DNA of 64,000 bases, taken from NCBI GenBank assembly GCA_937982665.1, contig CALJLD010000060.1, positions 16,596 to 80,595 on the forward strand, in the 5' to 3' direction. Of the stretch, positions 8,518 through 17,962 are shown one piece after another. Position numbers and translations under genes: made by a program. The notes beneath the pieces were generated by a model that saw only the letters and a program-made list of their open reading frames with translations, had not been told where the DNA came from and searched no databases. Origin of the DNA: an uncultured Planctomycetales bacterium. Its GTDB lineage: Bacteria > Planctomycetota > Planctomycetia > Pirellulales > S012-138. The number at the start of each line of letters is the position of its first letter. Position 1 is the first letter of the stretch.

Positions 8518-9540
8518 CTATGCCGGCAAGCTGTCAATGAACTGTCTTTGCCCTGGCGTCAGCGCGTCTTTCTGTGCTTCATCAAATACGTTGGCGGACT
8601 CAAGCTTTGCGTGCGTGCCTTCGATTGCGGTTCCTTCGTCATCGAGCGTAACAAAGGTTGCCCCGAACAAAGAGGCGCCGGAAAAGACCGCACCACTGAG
8701 ATCACAGCCGGCGAAATCCGCGCCTTCGACGTCAGCGTTTGTGAAGTCCGCGCCGCGCAAGTCGGCTTGTTGTAATCGAGCGTTGCTCAAGTTCGCGTCG
8801 CGAAAGTTTGCTTCACGCAAGTTGCACTTGCGGAAGTCGGCATCGCGAAGTTGTGCGCCCCCCGCGCTCAGCCCGGCAAGGTCTCGGCCGGAAGCGTTAA
8901 TACTTCGCAAGTCTTTACCAGCGAAATCCCGGCGATCGATGGCCTGACGTGCTTCTTGACGAGACAAAGTTGGGGCCAGATACCTCTGCTCCAGCCAGGG
9001 GTCTGCCGTGTTGTGGTAACCGGTTTCGGCCTCCCAATAACCCAGCCGATCTTCGCTCAACAACTCAATTCGCTCGAGCCACTTCAGGCTCTTGTAGAAA
9101 TAGCGGCCCGGCGTCACGGTCCGCACAGGCCCTCCATGTTCGGTCGGCAGCGGCGCGCCTTCGTAATGCAATGCGGCAAACGTCCCTAGCTCAATAACAT
9201 CCGCCAGTGGCAGCGACGTGCTGTGGTTGCGTTCGCTGCGAGCGACAAACGAAACGAACTGCGCTGTTTCCCGCGGCGCAGCCAGCGCGATGAGATCGGG
9301 AATCAGCACGCCGGAAAACGTCGCCCCCAGCTTGGACCAACGCGTGACGCAATGGATGTCCAGCTCAAAATCCTGCTGAGGCATTGCCAGCAAGTCGCTC
9401 ACAGAGAACTCGCGCGGTTCGTCGACTTCGCCAACTATGGTAACCGTCCAAGGACGGTCATCGCGCCGCGGCGCTTTCTCGCCGGTGATCGGCCATTTAT
9501 CTCGCGCGACGAGTTGCTGATTGGGAGGGAGCCTGGTCAT
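8518..9540 (-). CDS. sulfite-oxidase-like molybdopterin oxidoreductase domain fused to pentapeptide repeats
   Basis: The N-terminal ~190 aa (HCVTRWSK, GGPVRTVTPGRYFYKSLKWL, GYWE) resemble the YedY/MsrP/sulfite-oxidase Mo-binding fold. Residues ~205-296 are A(D/N)LXX pentapeptide repeats (ANFRDANLSNARLQQADLRGADFTNADVEGADFAGCDLSG). Confidence 0.7.
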   Translation of the reverse strand: MTRLPPNQQLVARDKWPITGEKAPRRDDRPWTVTIVGEVDEPREFSVSDLLAMPQQDFELDIHCVTRWSKLGATFSGVLIPDLIALAAPRETAQFVSFVARSERNHSTSLPLADVIELGTFAALHYEGAPLPTEHGGPVRTVTPGRYFYKSLKWLERIELLSEDRLGYWEAETGYHNTADPWLEQRYLAPTLSRQEARQAIDRRDFAGKDLRSINASGRDLAGLSAGGAQLRDADFRKCNLREANFRDANLSNARLQQADLRGADFTNADVEGADFAGCDLSGAVFSGASLFGATFVTLDDEGTAIEGTHAKLESANVFDEAQKDALTPGQRQFIDSLPA

Positions 9541-9631
9541 CGCTTCAATGCTCTTTGGCGAATTGCCTTTCGGTCTCGATCAACATCGTTTTCTGGCTCG
9601 GGACGCACGGCGCGATCCCGCCGCCCAGACT

Positions 9632-10162
9632 TCATCTGCGTTGCGAGTTTTTTATTTCCTCAATCTTAGATTCGAGAACCTGAATAAACAGGTCATTTGC
9701 TCGTGCATTAATCTCGCTGACACTTGGCACGGCGCTACTTGAATGCGTTGACCATTCACGCCAATCAAACTCAGACCCCACGTAAACGGGGATTGCATAG
9801 TTGATGACGTATTCGTCGACACCAAATTCCCTGCGATCACGTGCCGACAATGTTATCTCCCCTGAGCGAATGAGTGTCGAAAGTTCTGCAAGGCCTTCCT
9901 TTTCAAGCTCGCGACAGTAACTAGACGAAATCTCGCCGCTTTCGAGAGACGCTTGGAGCAAGCCGAATTCATCCGGTTCCATCTCTTCGAGCGGTATTGA
10001 ATAAGAACGAGGAAGCCGTGGCCCAAGCTCGATCACACTATTCGAATACGCAATGTAGAGCCAGAAGGCGGCAACCCCACAGAATAGGATTGCAAGTACA
10101 GAAAGCACCAGAGCAAAAGGGCGCACCCGTCGCGACTCACTGGATGCTTTTATGCGATTCAC
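9632..10162 (-). CDS. hypothetical membrane-anchored protein (176 aa)
   Basis: One N-terminal TM helix (FALVLSVLAILFCGVAAFWLYIA). GC is visibly lower than in the flanks. No recognisable domain. Confidence 0.45.
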   Translation of the reverse strand: MNRIKASSESRRVRPFALVLSVLAILFCGVAAFWLYIAYSNSVIELGPRLPRSYSIPLEEMEPDEFGLLQASLESGEISSSYCRELEKEGLAELSTLIRSGEITLSARDRREFGVDEYVINYAIPVYVGSEFDWREWSTHSSSAVPSVSEINARANDLFIQVLESKIEEIKNSQRR

Positions 10163-10254
10163 CCGCTTCTCCCATCGTGTGCCAGGATCGACAAGAAGCG
10201 TCCCCCGGTGTGTTGATCAACATGGAAGTCGTACTGCAAACGGAACTGTTAATG

Positions 10255-11949
10255 CTACTCTTCCATCAACGGCAGTTCATAGCATGCGGCCTCTAAATGA
10301 TTCCGTAATAAAAGATACTTGCCGGAAATTGCGGGATTGTTCCAGGTGCGGTCTTCAAACGGTTGAATCCGGCCCAATTCCTCAAAGCTCTCCGGCGTTG
10401 CACGCACCAGTGCCAGCTCGCCAGTTTCCGCCTGGACGATGATCTTTTGAGTGGGGATCTTGTCGCCAACAAGTATCACTTGCCCGTGCCCATAAGTGCC
10501 GGCACGAACCTTCCATTGCCGCTTGCCGGTTCTCCATTCCACGCACGTCAAGATTCGCGCATCAAGGCCGTACAGGTAATCGCCTTGCACCAGGACGTTT
10601 GTGAACTTGCTCTTAAGATTGTTGCTCAGCCAGATGAGTCCCGAAGAAAACCGGCCATCATCGTCGCGCGAAACCTGGATCAACGCATCGCCGGATGTAT
10701 AACCGGCCGAAACGAATACGTGATTGTCCGGAAGCACAACTGGCTGAGAAACCAGCGGGTGAGCGAAGCCACCTTGCCAGGGCCAAGGGTGTTCCCAAAG
10801 CAGATCAAGCGACTCTGGATCAAACGCGGCGATGCCTTTGTTGTTGATGTGCAGCACCTGCGGCACGCCGCAGATTGTTCGCAAGGTAGGCGAGACATAG
10901 AAGTCCGTTCCTCCCAACTCCGCATCACCACCACGGACCGCAGGTTGCGGATGAGAATCGGTCGTATCCAAGCGATATCCAACCAACTGCGCGTTTCCGC
11001 TGCCGCCGGCGCTCACGATCACGTGTGGCTCGGCAATTAATGGAGAAGCGGAGTAGCCCCAGTTCGCGTTGATGCTTTCAGTGTGTTCGAAGATATCGGC
11101 TTCCCAAAGTCGCTCGCCTGTTGTTGCGTCGAAACAGGCTAACAAACCGGCCGAACCGACCGCGTAGATGCGACCGTCATAATAAGTGGGCGTGGCACGC
11201 GGCCCGTCTCCGGCGACGTTGCTCTCAAACACCACCGCGTCATCGTCATCGGTCTGTGCATTCCGCCAAATCAACTCGCCGGTCAGCAGTTCGAAACAAG
11301 AGACGTACTCCGCATCACCGCGCAGTTCCTGCGTGTAGGCACGCTCGCCTACTATGGCGAAGGAACTATGCGCGGCGCCCAAGGAATTTTCGGCGCCTTG
11401 CTCGATTCGCCATAACTCGCGCGGCGGGTTGGCATCCCAATCGGCGGCCAACGACACGTTCGGCACAATGCCATCGCGGTTCTCGCCCAAGAAGCCGGGG
11501 TAGTCGAGCACGGGGTTGGGAACGACTGGTTCCGAGTCTGGCGCCAATTGGACGTTGGCATCCAAGTTGACGTAGGCATCTTCCACCCAACGCCAGGTCA
11601 AACTGAACGAGGCGTCTCCATCGGCATAGTCAATGCGGAAGAGAGAAATCAAGACTATGACAACCAGGGCGATAACACCCTGCACGCGCCACCATCGCGC
11701 GGAGCGAAAACCAAGACGGGCGAAGAAAAGTTCCCAAACCAGCAGGCTCAACACAGCCACGCCTGTGGCGATTTGAGTCACAACAATCTGCAGGCCGCGA
11801 GCCGTATCGACATCATCAAGAATCACCCACGTTGTCAGCCAGATACCGCCGTACACCAACAAAATCAGGACCGCAGGCCACCAACGGATGCGCGTGCTCT
11901 CGCGCGTTGAAGAGTTTTTCGTCTCTGGATTGGTTGACTGGTCTGACAT
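10255..11949 (-). CDS. PQQ-like beta-propeller repeat protein with N-terminal TM helices
   Basis: 564 aa with 3-4 N-terminal TM segments. These are followed by repeated G-x-(L/I)-x-a-l/d-x-x-T-G-x-x-x-W motifs (TGELIWR, TGERLWEA, TGKRQWKV) typical of BamB/PQQ propellers. Confidence 0.7.
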   Translation of the reverse strand: MSDQSTNPETKNSSTRESTRIRWWPAVLILLVYGGIWLTTWVILDDVDTARGLQIVVTQIATGVAVLSLLVWELFFARLGFRSARWWRVQGVIALVVIVLISLFRIDYADGDASFSLTWRWVEDAYVNLDANVQLAPDSEPVVPNPVLDYPGFLGENRDGIVPNVSLAADWDANPPRELWRIEQGAENSLGAAHSSFAIVGERAYTQELRGDAEYVSCFELLTGELIWRNAQTDDDDAVVFESNVAGDGPRATPTYYDGRIYAVGSAGLLACFDATTGERLWEADIFEHTESINANWGYSASPLIAEPHVIVSAGGSGNAQLVGYRLDTTDSHPQPAVRGGDAELGGTDFYVSPTLRTICGVPQVLHINNKGIAAFDPESLDLLWEHPWPWQGGFAHPLVSQPVVLPDNHVFVSAGYTSGDALIQVSRDDDGRFSSGLIWLSNNLKSKFTNVLVQGDYLYGLDARILTCVEWRTGKRQWKVRAGTYGHGQVILVGDKIPTQKIIVQAETGELALVRATPESFEELGRIQPFEDRTWNNPAISGKYLLLRNHLEAACYELPLMEE

Positions 11950-12156
11950 GCTCGCTCATTTGCTGGGTGTACGATGATACTCCAGCTTATCGGCCAAACG
12001 TCATGAATTGAAAGGGCCGAATTGGCATTACGGCGGCGATTGGACTAACCTTGCAGCGAACGGATCCTTGCTTGCTCCAGCAATCTTGGATCGGCAATCT
12101 TGTTTCATCGATGCCAAGAGCTTTTCGCCGTTAACCCAATCTCGAAGCCTGGTGCC

Positions 12157-13293
12157 ATGCTCTCGAAAGTCAAACTAAGTTGCGCCTTACTTGCTTGTGC
12201 GTCTTCCTTGCCGCGATTCCGGTTGCCGTCATTCCGGGTGGTGATCGCGTTGGCCGGTGTGATGACAGCAATGTGGCTGACGAGTGCAGGCGATTTCGCA
12301 TGCGCTCAGGAACCTGCTGATGCTCAGGCCAGCGTTGCTTTGGAATTGGTGTCGGTCGCAAAAATTTCCGACTCCGCGCCGCACAGCGCTTTCACCGACT
12401 TGATTTGGCATGATGGTTTCTATTGCGTGTTTCGGGAAGGGGCCCGTCATGTTTCGGAAGAAGCCAGCATTCGCGTGCTGTACTCGCCTGATGGCGGTGA
12501 ATGGAATTCCGTGGCTGAGATTGCGGTTGAAGGCATTGACCTCCGCGACGCCAAGATTTCCGTCACACCCTCAGGCAAGCTTGCTTTACTTTGCGGCGCT
12601 GCGGAACGAGAAGGCTCGGGACCGGCCACACGGCACCGCAACTTTCTTTACACCAGTTCCAATGGCCGCGATTGGGACGGGCCGCAAGAAGCCGCCCGAG
12701 AAAACACCTGGCTGTGGAGGATCACCTGGCACGGCGAGGATGCCTATGGCGTTGGCTATGAAGTTGCTCCGCAAAAGCGGGCAGCCAAGGAATATGGAAC
12801 AACGCTTTGGCGCGGCCGCGAAAACGCCAAGATGGAAACCATCATTGAGCCGCTATTCACCGAGAATGGTCCCACGGAATCCACCTTGCGTTTCGGTAGC
12901 GACGAAACGCTCTATTGCCTGCAACGTCGCGATGGCCGGCCGACAAACACGGCGATCCTTGGCCACAGCAGGCCGCCATACCAGGATTGGACCTGGCGAG
13001 ATTTGGGTGCGTACTATGGCGGGCCCAACTTCCTGCAAGTGACTGCTGACGACGCGCAAGCCTGGATCGCAGGCGGACGGTTGCATGTTGCCGATAAGGG
13101 ATCGCGAACAGTGCTGTGCGAACTGGACGTCGACGACGCCAAGCTGATTCCGCTACTGGAATTACCTTCCGGCGGCGATACTAGTTACCCAGGCCTGGTC
13201 TGGCGCGAGAATCGACTCTATGTGAGCTACTATTCCAGCCACGAAGGCAAGACAAGCATCTACTTCGCCGAAGTAAAAGTTACGGCGAAGTAA
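12157..13293 (+). CDS. secreted BNR/Asp-box-like (sialidase-fold) protein
   Basis: Signal-like N-terminus from the ATG at 12157. Asp-box-like motifs YSPDGGEW and SSNGRDW. Repeated propeller-like blades. Confidence 0.5.
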   Translation: MLSKVKLSCALLACASSLPRFRLPSFRVVIALAGVMTAMWLTSAGDFACAQEPADAQASVALELVSVAKISDSAPHSAFTDLIWHDGFYCVFREGARHVSEEASIRVLYSPDGGEWNSVAEIAVEGIDLRDAKISVTPSGKLALLCGAAEREGSGPATRHRNFLYTSSNGRDWDGPQEAARENTWLWRITWHGEDAYGVGYEVAPQKRAAKEYGTTLWRGRENAKMETIIEPLFTENGPTESTLRFGSDETLYCLQRRDGRPTNTAILGHSRPPYQDWTWRDLGAYYGGPNFLQVTADDAQAWIAGGRLHVADKGSRTVLCELDVDDAKLIPLLELPSGGDTSYPGLVWRENRLYVSYYSSHEGKTSIYFAEVKVTAK

Positions 13294-13302
13294 GTGATCT
13301 CC

Positions 13303-15321
13303 TCAGTTGCCTGTGGCCTGGTCAAATGCTTGCTGCCCACCGACGACGGGCAGTTCCAGTGAAGTACCGTCCAAGTCAATCGTCAGCTCCGTTCCGGCTT
13401 CCGGCCAGAGGGTGAAGTCGCGATCGCTGGACATGATCATCAGGCCAATCTGCTGGCCGGCCCGAATGACCTGATCGTCCGGCTGCAGATCGAATGTCAT
13501 CTCGTAGAACTTGCCGGGCACCAGCGGTTCGCTCTCTGTGAGTGACTTGTAGTTCTGCGGATCAGCCCAACCTCGCGTGATCAGGTTGTCGGTAATCGGC
13601 GTTCGCGACCTTCCGCGGCCACGCCCACGTCCACGGCGCCCCCGCTGACCTTGGTTCTCTTCGCCTTCCGGTTGCGGCCTTTCCGCCCAGGGAAGCGAGA
13701 CCAGCCACACGGAAAGATTTGCCGCCGGCTTGCTGCTGGCCAGTTTGATTGTGATTCGCGGCGTTCCGGAGATGTGCAAGTCTTCCGTCAACTCCGCAGT
13801 GGCGTAGATCAGCCGGTTTTCGGACTCCTCCGCCTGGGCCAACGTCGCGCCGTCGTGACTCACGTCATCGATCAGCTTCTCCACGCTGGCTCCGCCTGAC
13901 CGATTGCTTTGCGTCGCGGCAGGGCTGAGTGAACCAACTTTGTTACCGCCTGCGGAAAGGCGAAGCGTCACGGGGGCTGAATCCGGATGAGGATAGTCTT
14001 CGTACGAAGTTGGCTCCTGCCGATTGGCCTCTTCACGAACGACCCATGCGCGGGGATCATTCTCGACGCCGTTTTCGATTCCGTACAAATAGCGTGTGAA
14101 CCAGCGGTTCATCATGGAAAACGGCGGCGGCCCTCCATGCCCTCCCTGATGGAAAAAGCATTGGACCGGGACGCCCTTCTCCTTCAACGCCTGATAGATC
14201 CGCACGCTGTGTTCCGGAACGACGTTCCAATCGTTGAAGCCGTGGGCGATCAGCGTGGCGGCTTTGAGCGGACCAAGATCATTCAGGTAATCGCGGCCGG
14301 CCCAAAACTCATTGTAGTCGCCAGTCACACGGTCAAAGTTGGCCATCAACTCGTCTTCGCGGACGAGTGTGTTACAGCCATCGCGACCCTCAGGATCGCC
14401 GCTGTGGATGTAGTCATACAACACGTCGATATCTTCGCCCATGTAACCGCCTGGGTGGCGGATGAGTCCGTTTGAGCGGTAGTAATGGTAGTATGAAGTA
14501 TTGGGTGCGATGGGGATGATTGCTTCCAATCCGTCAACACCGGTGGTGGCCGCCGCGAGCGGAAGCGTTCCGTTGTACGAAGTGCCCGTCATTCCCACCT
14601 TGCCGGTACACCAACTTGTGGCGTCCACTTCTTCATCGCCATCAACTTCGGTATAACCCTTCGCGCGCCCGTTGAGCCAATCGACAATGGCCTTGGGTGC
14701 GAGCGATTCGTTGTCGCCGCCCACGGTTGGGCAGCCTTCGGACAATCCGGTGCCCGGCGAACAAGAATGCACAACTGCAAAGCCGCGCGGAACCCAGTTG
14801 TTGATTTCGCTACGAGAAATGATCGGCCGGTTAATACGGGCTTGAATCTCCGGCGGGTGCTCGCGCACCGGCGGCTCTGCGCCAAGTTCCTGCTCCGGAT
14901 TCCAGAAGAACTCGCGGTTTGCCCCGGATGTGCCTGAGTAATAAGGACTCGTGGCATAGATGACGGGAACCTTCAGGCCTTCGGTTTCTGTCTGCTTGGG
15001 CCGCGTGACGTCCACGTGCATGCGGTCAAGCTTGCCGTCCTTGTCGGAATCGAACGAAGTCTCCACCCAAAGGTCGTACTGAATCCACTCATCGGGATTG
15101 TTGAACGCTTCCACTACCTGGGCTTCGCCGTTCTCGAAATTCGGTTTGGCCGCATTGCCGTCATCCTGCGCGCGAACCGCGTCAGTGGCGTTCTGTTGGT
15201 TGCCACCTTGCTGATCTTGCGAACCCGCTCGACTGGCCGAATAGGCCAAGAGCGATACCAAGACAATCGTCAACGTGGAAACAAGAACCGGCTTCACGCG
15301 AGCTTTTTGGGACAACTTCAT
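13303..15321 (-). CDS. Xaa-Pro dipeptidyl-peptidase / CocE-NonD family hydrolase (peptidase S15)
   Basis: Signal peptide, nucleophile motif GMTGTSYNG, later GFNDWNV, and a C-terminal beta-sandwich-like region. Confidence 0.8.
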   Translation of the reverse strand: MKLSQKARVKPVLVSTLTIVLVSLLAYSASRAGSQDQQGGNQQNATDAVRAQDDGNAAKPNFENGEAQVVEAFNNPDEWIQYDLWVETSFDSDKDGKLDRMHVDVTRPKQTETEGLKVPVIYATSPYYSGTSGANREFFWNPEQELGAEPPVREHPPEIQARINRPIISRSEINNWVPRGFAVVHSCSPGTGLSEGCPTVGGDNESLAPKAIVDWLNGRAKGYTEVDGDEEVDATSWCTGKVGMTGTSYNGTLPLAAATTGVDGLEAIIPIAPNTSYYHYYRSNGLIRHPGGYMGEDIDVLYDYIHSGDPEGRDGCNTLVREDELMANFDRVTGDYNEFWAGRDYLNDLGPLKAATLIAHGFNDWNVVPEHSVRIYQALKEKGVPVQCFFHQGGHGGPPPFSMMNRWFTRYLYGIENGVENDPRAWVVREEANRQEPTSYEDYPHPDSAPVTLRLSAGGNKVGSLSPAATQSNRSGGASVEKLIDDVSHDGATLAQAEESENRLIYATAELTEDLHISGTPRITIKLASSKPAANLSVWLVSLPWAERPQPEGEENQGQRGRRGRGRGRGRSRTPITDNLITRGWADPQNYKSLTESEPLVPGKFYEMTFDLQPDDQVIRAGQQIGLMIMSSDRDFTLWPEAGTELTIDLDGTSLELPVVGGQQAFDQATGN

Positions 15322-15512
15322 ATCTCACCCGTTGAAGAATGAATTTGGTACTTTCGCAGCCTGCGCCTGGCTCGAACCCATCGCTTTTGCGGGAACAGGC
15401 TGGCGTTGCATTGGGCAATAGTATAAGAGCCAGTCTCGCACGATGCTCGCTGTATTTCGACAATTCGCGCGCGGCAGAAAAAGTCACTCAACGCGTGTGT
15501 GTAAAGGCAAAC

Positions 15513-16658
15513 TCAGGGCGATAGCTCCAGCAATTCGCCATAGATTTCCTGCAAGCGATCCAGCCGCGTGCGGAACGAAAGGTCCGTTTCGACGCGTTTT
15601 CTGGCAGCATCGATGCGCTCGGCTGTCTCTTGCTTGTCCGTAATCGCGCGGACAATCGCGTCGGCGAGTTGTTGCGGTTCGCGTGGCGGAACAATCAGGG
15701 CATCCGTGCCGGGCCGGACGAGTTGCGTTGTGCCGCCGACGTCGGTCGCCACGATGGGCAACCGGCAAGCCATTGCTTCGACAAGGACAGTCGGCGTGCC
15801 TTCGTAATCAGAAGATTGCACAAAGAGATCAAACGCATGGTACAAATCGCGCATGTCTCCGCGGTGGCCCAGCATTGTGCATTCGTTGGTCAGGCCAAGT
15901 CGTTCGATGCATTCGCGAATCTCCTGATCCTTGCTGCCGGTGCCACAGATGAACAGCCGCAGCTCAGGGTGATCCGGTTTCAAAAGCGCGAGCGTCTCCG
16001 CAAGGACGTCAAATCGCTTTTGCGGTTCAACACGACCGACCCCGCACAAAGCGATTTGGCCCGGCTGGATTCCCAACTGCTCGCGGAGTTTCTCCCTCAG
16101 CCCTGGGGCCGGTTCGAAGTCTTCGGGGTCCACGCCGTTGAGCAACACGGTCACTTGCTCGGCTTTTCCGCCCGACCGTAAGTACGTGTCACGCAAGTCC
16201 TCTGAAACTGCAACAATCCGCGGAAAGGATCGAAGGATTCTTCGCTCGGCCGGGTAGTAGAAGAAGCGCTCGAGCGGTGTGTGACCCGTCCAGCCATGCA
16301 AGGTGGCGATCGGCAAGAAGTTTCGCTTGCGCAAAAGCCGCCATGTATGGAAGACCGGCTTATACCCATGCGCGTGAATGATACGCGGCTGCAACTGTTC
16401 CACAATCTGTGTCAGTTGCTTGCCGACTTCTCGGTCCAGGACACCGCGCTGGCATATCTCGTGAATGTCGATTCCCAGCGATCGCGCCCTGTCTGTGAAA
16501 CTGAACTGCTCGTCAACCACGTCACGGATCACGCAGATGGACATGGCGAACCGCTGGGGGTCAATCCGCGAAGCGGTGCGCAGCACGATCTCTTCCGCAC
16601 CACCGCCTGGGCCGGTGACACTCATGATTGTCAGAATGCGAGCGATGTCTTCCGACAT
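15513..16658 (-). CDS. glycosyltransferase family 4 (GT-B)
   Basis: EGTPTVLVEAMACRLPIVATDVGG (E-X7-E region) and an N-terminal GGAE motif. Start refined to the ATG at 16658 to avoid overlapping the upstream gene. Confidence 0.8.
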   Translation of the reverse strand: MSEDIARILTIMSVTGPGGGAEEIVLRTASRIDPQRFAMSICVIRDVVDEQFSFTDRARSLGIDIHEICQRGVLDREVGKQLTQIVEQLQPRIIHAHGYKPVFHTWRLLRKRNFLPIATLHGWTGHTPLERFFYYPAERRILRSFPRIVAVSEDLRDTYLRSGGKAEQVTVLLNGVDPEDFEPAPGLREKLREQLGIQPGQIALCGVGRVEPQKRFDVLAETLALLKPDHPELRLFICGTGSKDQEIRECIERLGLTNECTMLGHRGDMRDLYHAFDLFVQSSDYEGTPTVLVEAMACRLPIVATDVGGTTQLVRPGTDALIVPPREPQQLADAIVRAITDKQETAERIDAARKRVETDLSFRTRLDRLQEIYGELLELSP

Positions 16659-16713
16659 GCGAACGGCGCGAAGCAAGAAAATGCGAGATAAGTTACAGCG
16701 AGCGAGTTGATCG

Positions 16714-17205
16714 TTATTCGCCGGTTGGGCCGGAAGACGAAGCCACATCGGCCGGCAGCGGAACAACGCGGATCTCATCACCGACAGAGAAAGTGCCTGC
16801 ATGAAGCACTCGACCGTGCACTCCCGCGCGGACCTGCGGCTTCAGCGCATCTTTCAGCCCCGGCTGCAAACGATCCATCAGCCCGCAGGGATGAGTCTCG
16901 CCTTCGACGCGAATCCGCACATCGCCGATTTCCAACATGCAGTCGAACGACTCGGCAAGCTTGAGGCCCCGCACCAGGACGTTAGCCCGGCGAGTGTGCC
17001 AGGGAATATCGACGTTGAGTTCGCCTGTTGTTTCGTCCCATTGCTCGGCCGAAATGAATGTGACACCGCGATGGGGCGAACTCGGCAAGTCACCTTCGAT
17101 GCCACCAGCGACCGCGACTGTGGCTTCGTCGATCAACTGCATCGGCCCTTCTTTTTCAGTGCGGATGGCAATGGCTTCAATCTTGCCGGTCTGCTGTTCG
17201 CTCAT
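16714..17205 (-). CDS. MOSC domain-containing protein
   Basis: 163 aa. The pattern GIEGD...H...RGVTFISAEQW...ANVLVRGL...GDVRIRVEGETHPCG is typical of MOSC beta-barrel proteins. Confidence 0.75.
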   Translation of the reverse strand: MSEQQTGKIEAIAIRTEKEGPMQLIDEATVAVAGGIEGDLPSSPHRGVTFISAEQWDETTGELNVDIPWHTRRANVLVRGLKLAESFDCMLEIGDVRIRVEGETHPCGLMDRLQPGLKDALKPQVRAGVHGRVLHAGTFSVGDEIRVVPLPADVASSSGPTGE

Positions 17206-17266
17206 GACTGCTGATATGCACTTTCTTACGCGGTGAAGCGGGTTGGAACCGCTTATTGTTTTGTTG

Positions 17267-17962
17267 TTACGATCTTATCGCCAAAGACATTGAATGCGTT
17301 TGGCCCTTTGCACTGCTGGGCCCCGCAACGTTCAACTTCTTCGGACCGCTGATGTATTGATTGTCGGCAAAAATGTAGCGAAGGGGAAGGTCCGCTGCGG
17401 AAGTCACTCCAATACGCGGAGTTGTGAGGATCTCGCACACGGCATCGCGGATTTCGGGCTGATCCCGTGCCTCGGCAATGAACAGCGATCGGCCTTTCGT
17501 CAAATCCCAGCCATTGAATTGGCGGTCAATCGCAAAGGCCTCGCATAGCCGGGCGGGTCCTCGGGCAAGGTCACGTACAGCATCGCGCCCTCGTCGTTGT
17601 CGCATCAAAGACATTCCAGCGAGCGGGTGAACTGCACGAATCAAGGCGGCACAGCCGGTACCCTCGGCGTCAGCGACGGTGTTGAAACAATGCCGTGCGT
17701 GAATCACATAGACATAGGCCGTGCCAGGCGGACCAAAAATTGCGGCCGTCTTGCGGTTGCTGCCGGCGACGGCATGACAGGCAGAATCTCCTTGGGGCAA
17801 GTAGGCTTCGGTTTCAACAATGCGGCCCAGAGTGGCGCCTTCTCGCGAACGCCTGACGATGAGCTTTCCTAACAGCTCACGCGCGACATCTCTCACATCG
17901 CGATCATAGAACTCGCGCGGCAGTGGCGATGGATGTGTGATGGCGTTCGTTTCTTTACTCAT
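17267..17962 (-). CDS. mpg: DNA-3-methyladenine glycosylase (Mpg/AAG family)
   Basis: Motifs FYDRDVRDVARELLGKLIVRR, GRIVETEAYL, D.ACHA, GTAYVYVIHARHCFN, ALIRAV.P. The start ATG at 17960-17962 overlaps the upstream kinase stop (ATGAGTAA). Confidence 0.85.
   Translation of the reverse strand: MSKETNAITHPSPLPREFYDRDVRDVARELLGKLIVRRSREGATLGRIVETEAYLPQGDSACHAVAGSNRKTAAIFGPPGTAYVYVIHARHCFNTVADAEGTGCAALIRAVHPLAGMSLMRQRRGRDAVRDLARGPARLCEAFAIDRQFNGWDLTKGRSLFIAEARDQPEIRDAVCEILTTPRIGVTSAADLPLRYIFADNQYISGPKKLNVAGPSSAKGQTHSMSLAIRS

Noticed and set aside
17236-17268. The hairpin AAGCGG-GTTGGAA-CCGCTT followed by a T-rich run, which looks like a terminator.
   Set aside because: The T-run is on the plus strand, but both neighbouring genes (mpg, MOSC) are on the minus strand. 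In the minus sense no U-tract follows the hairpin. At most it blocks antisense transcription.
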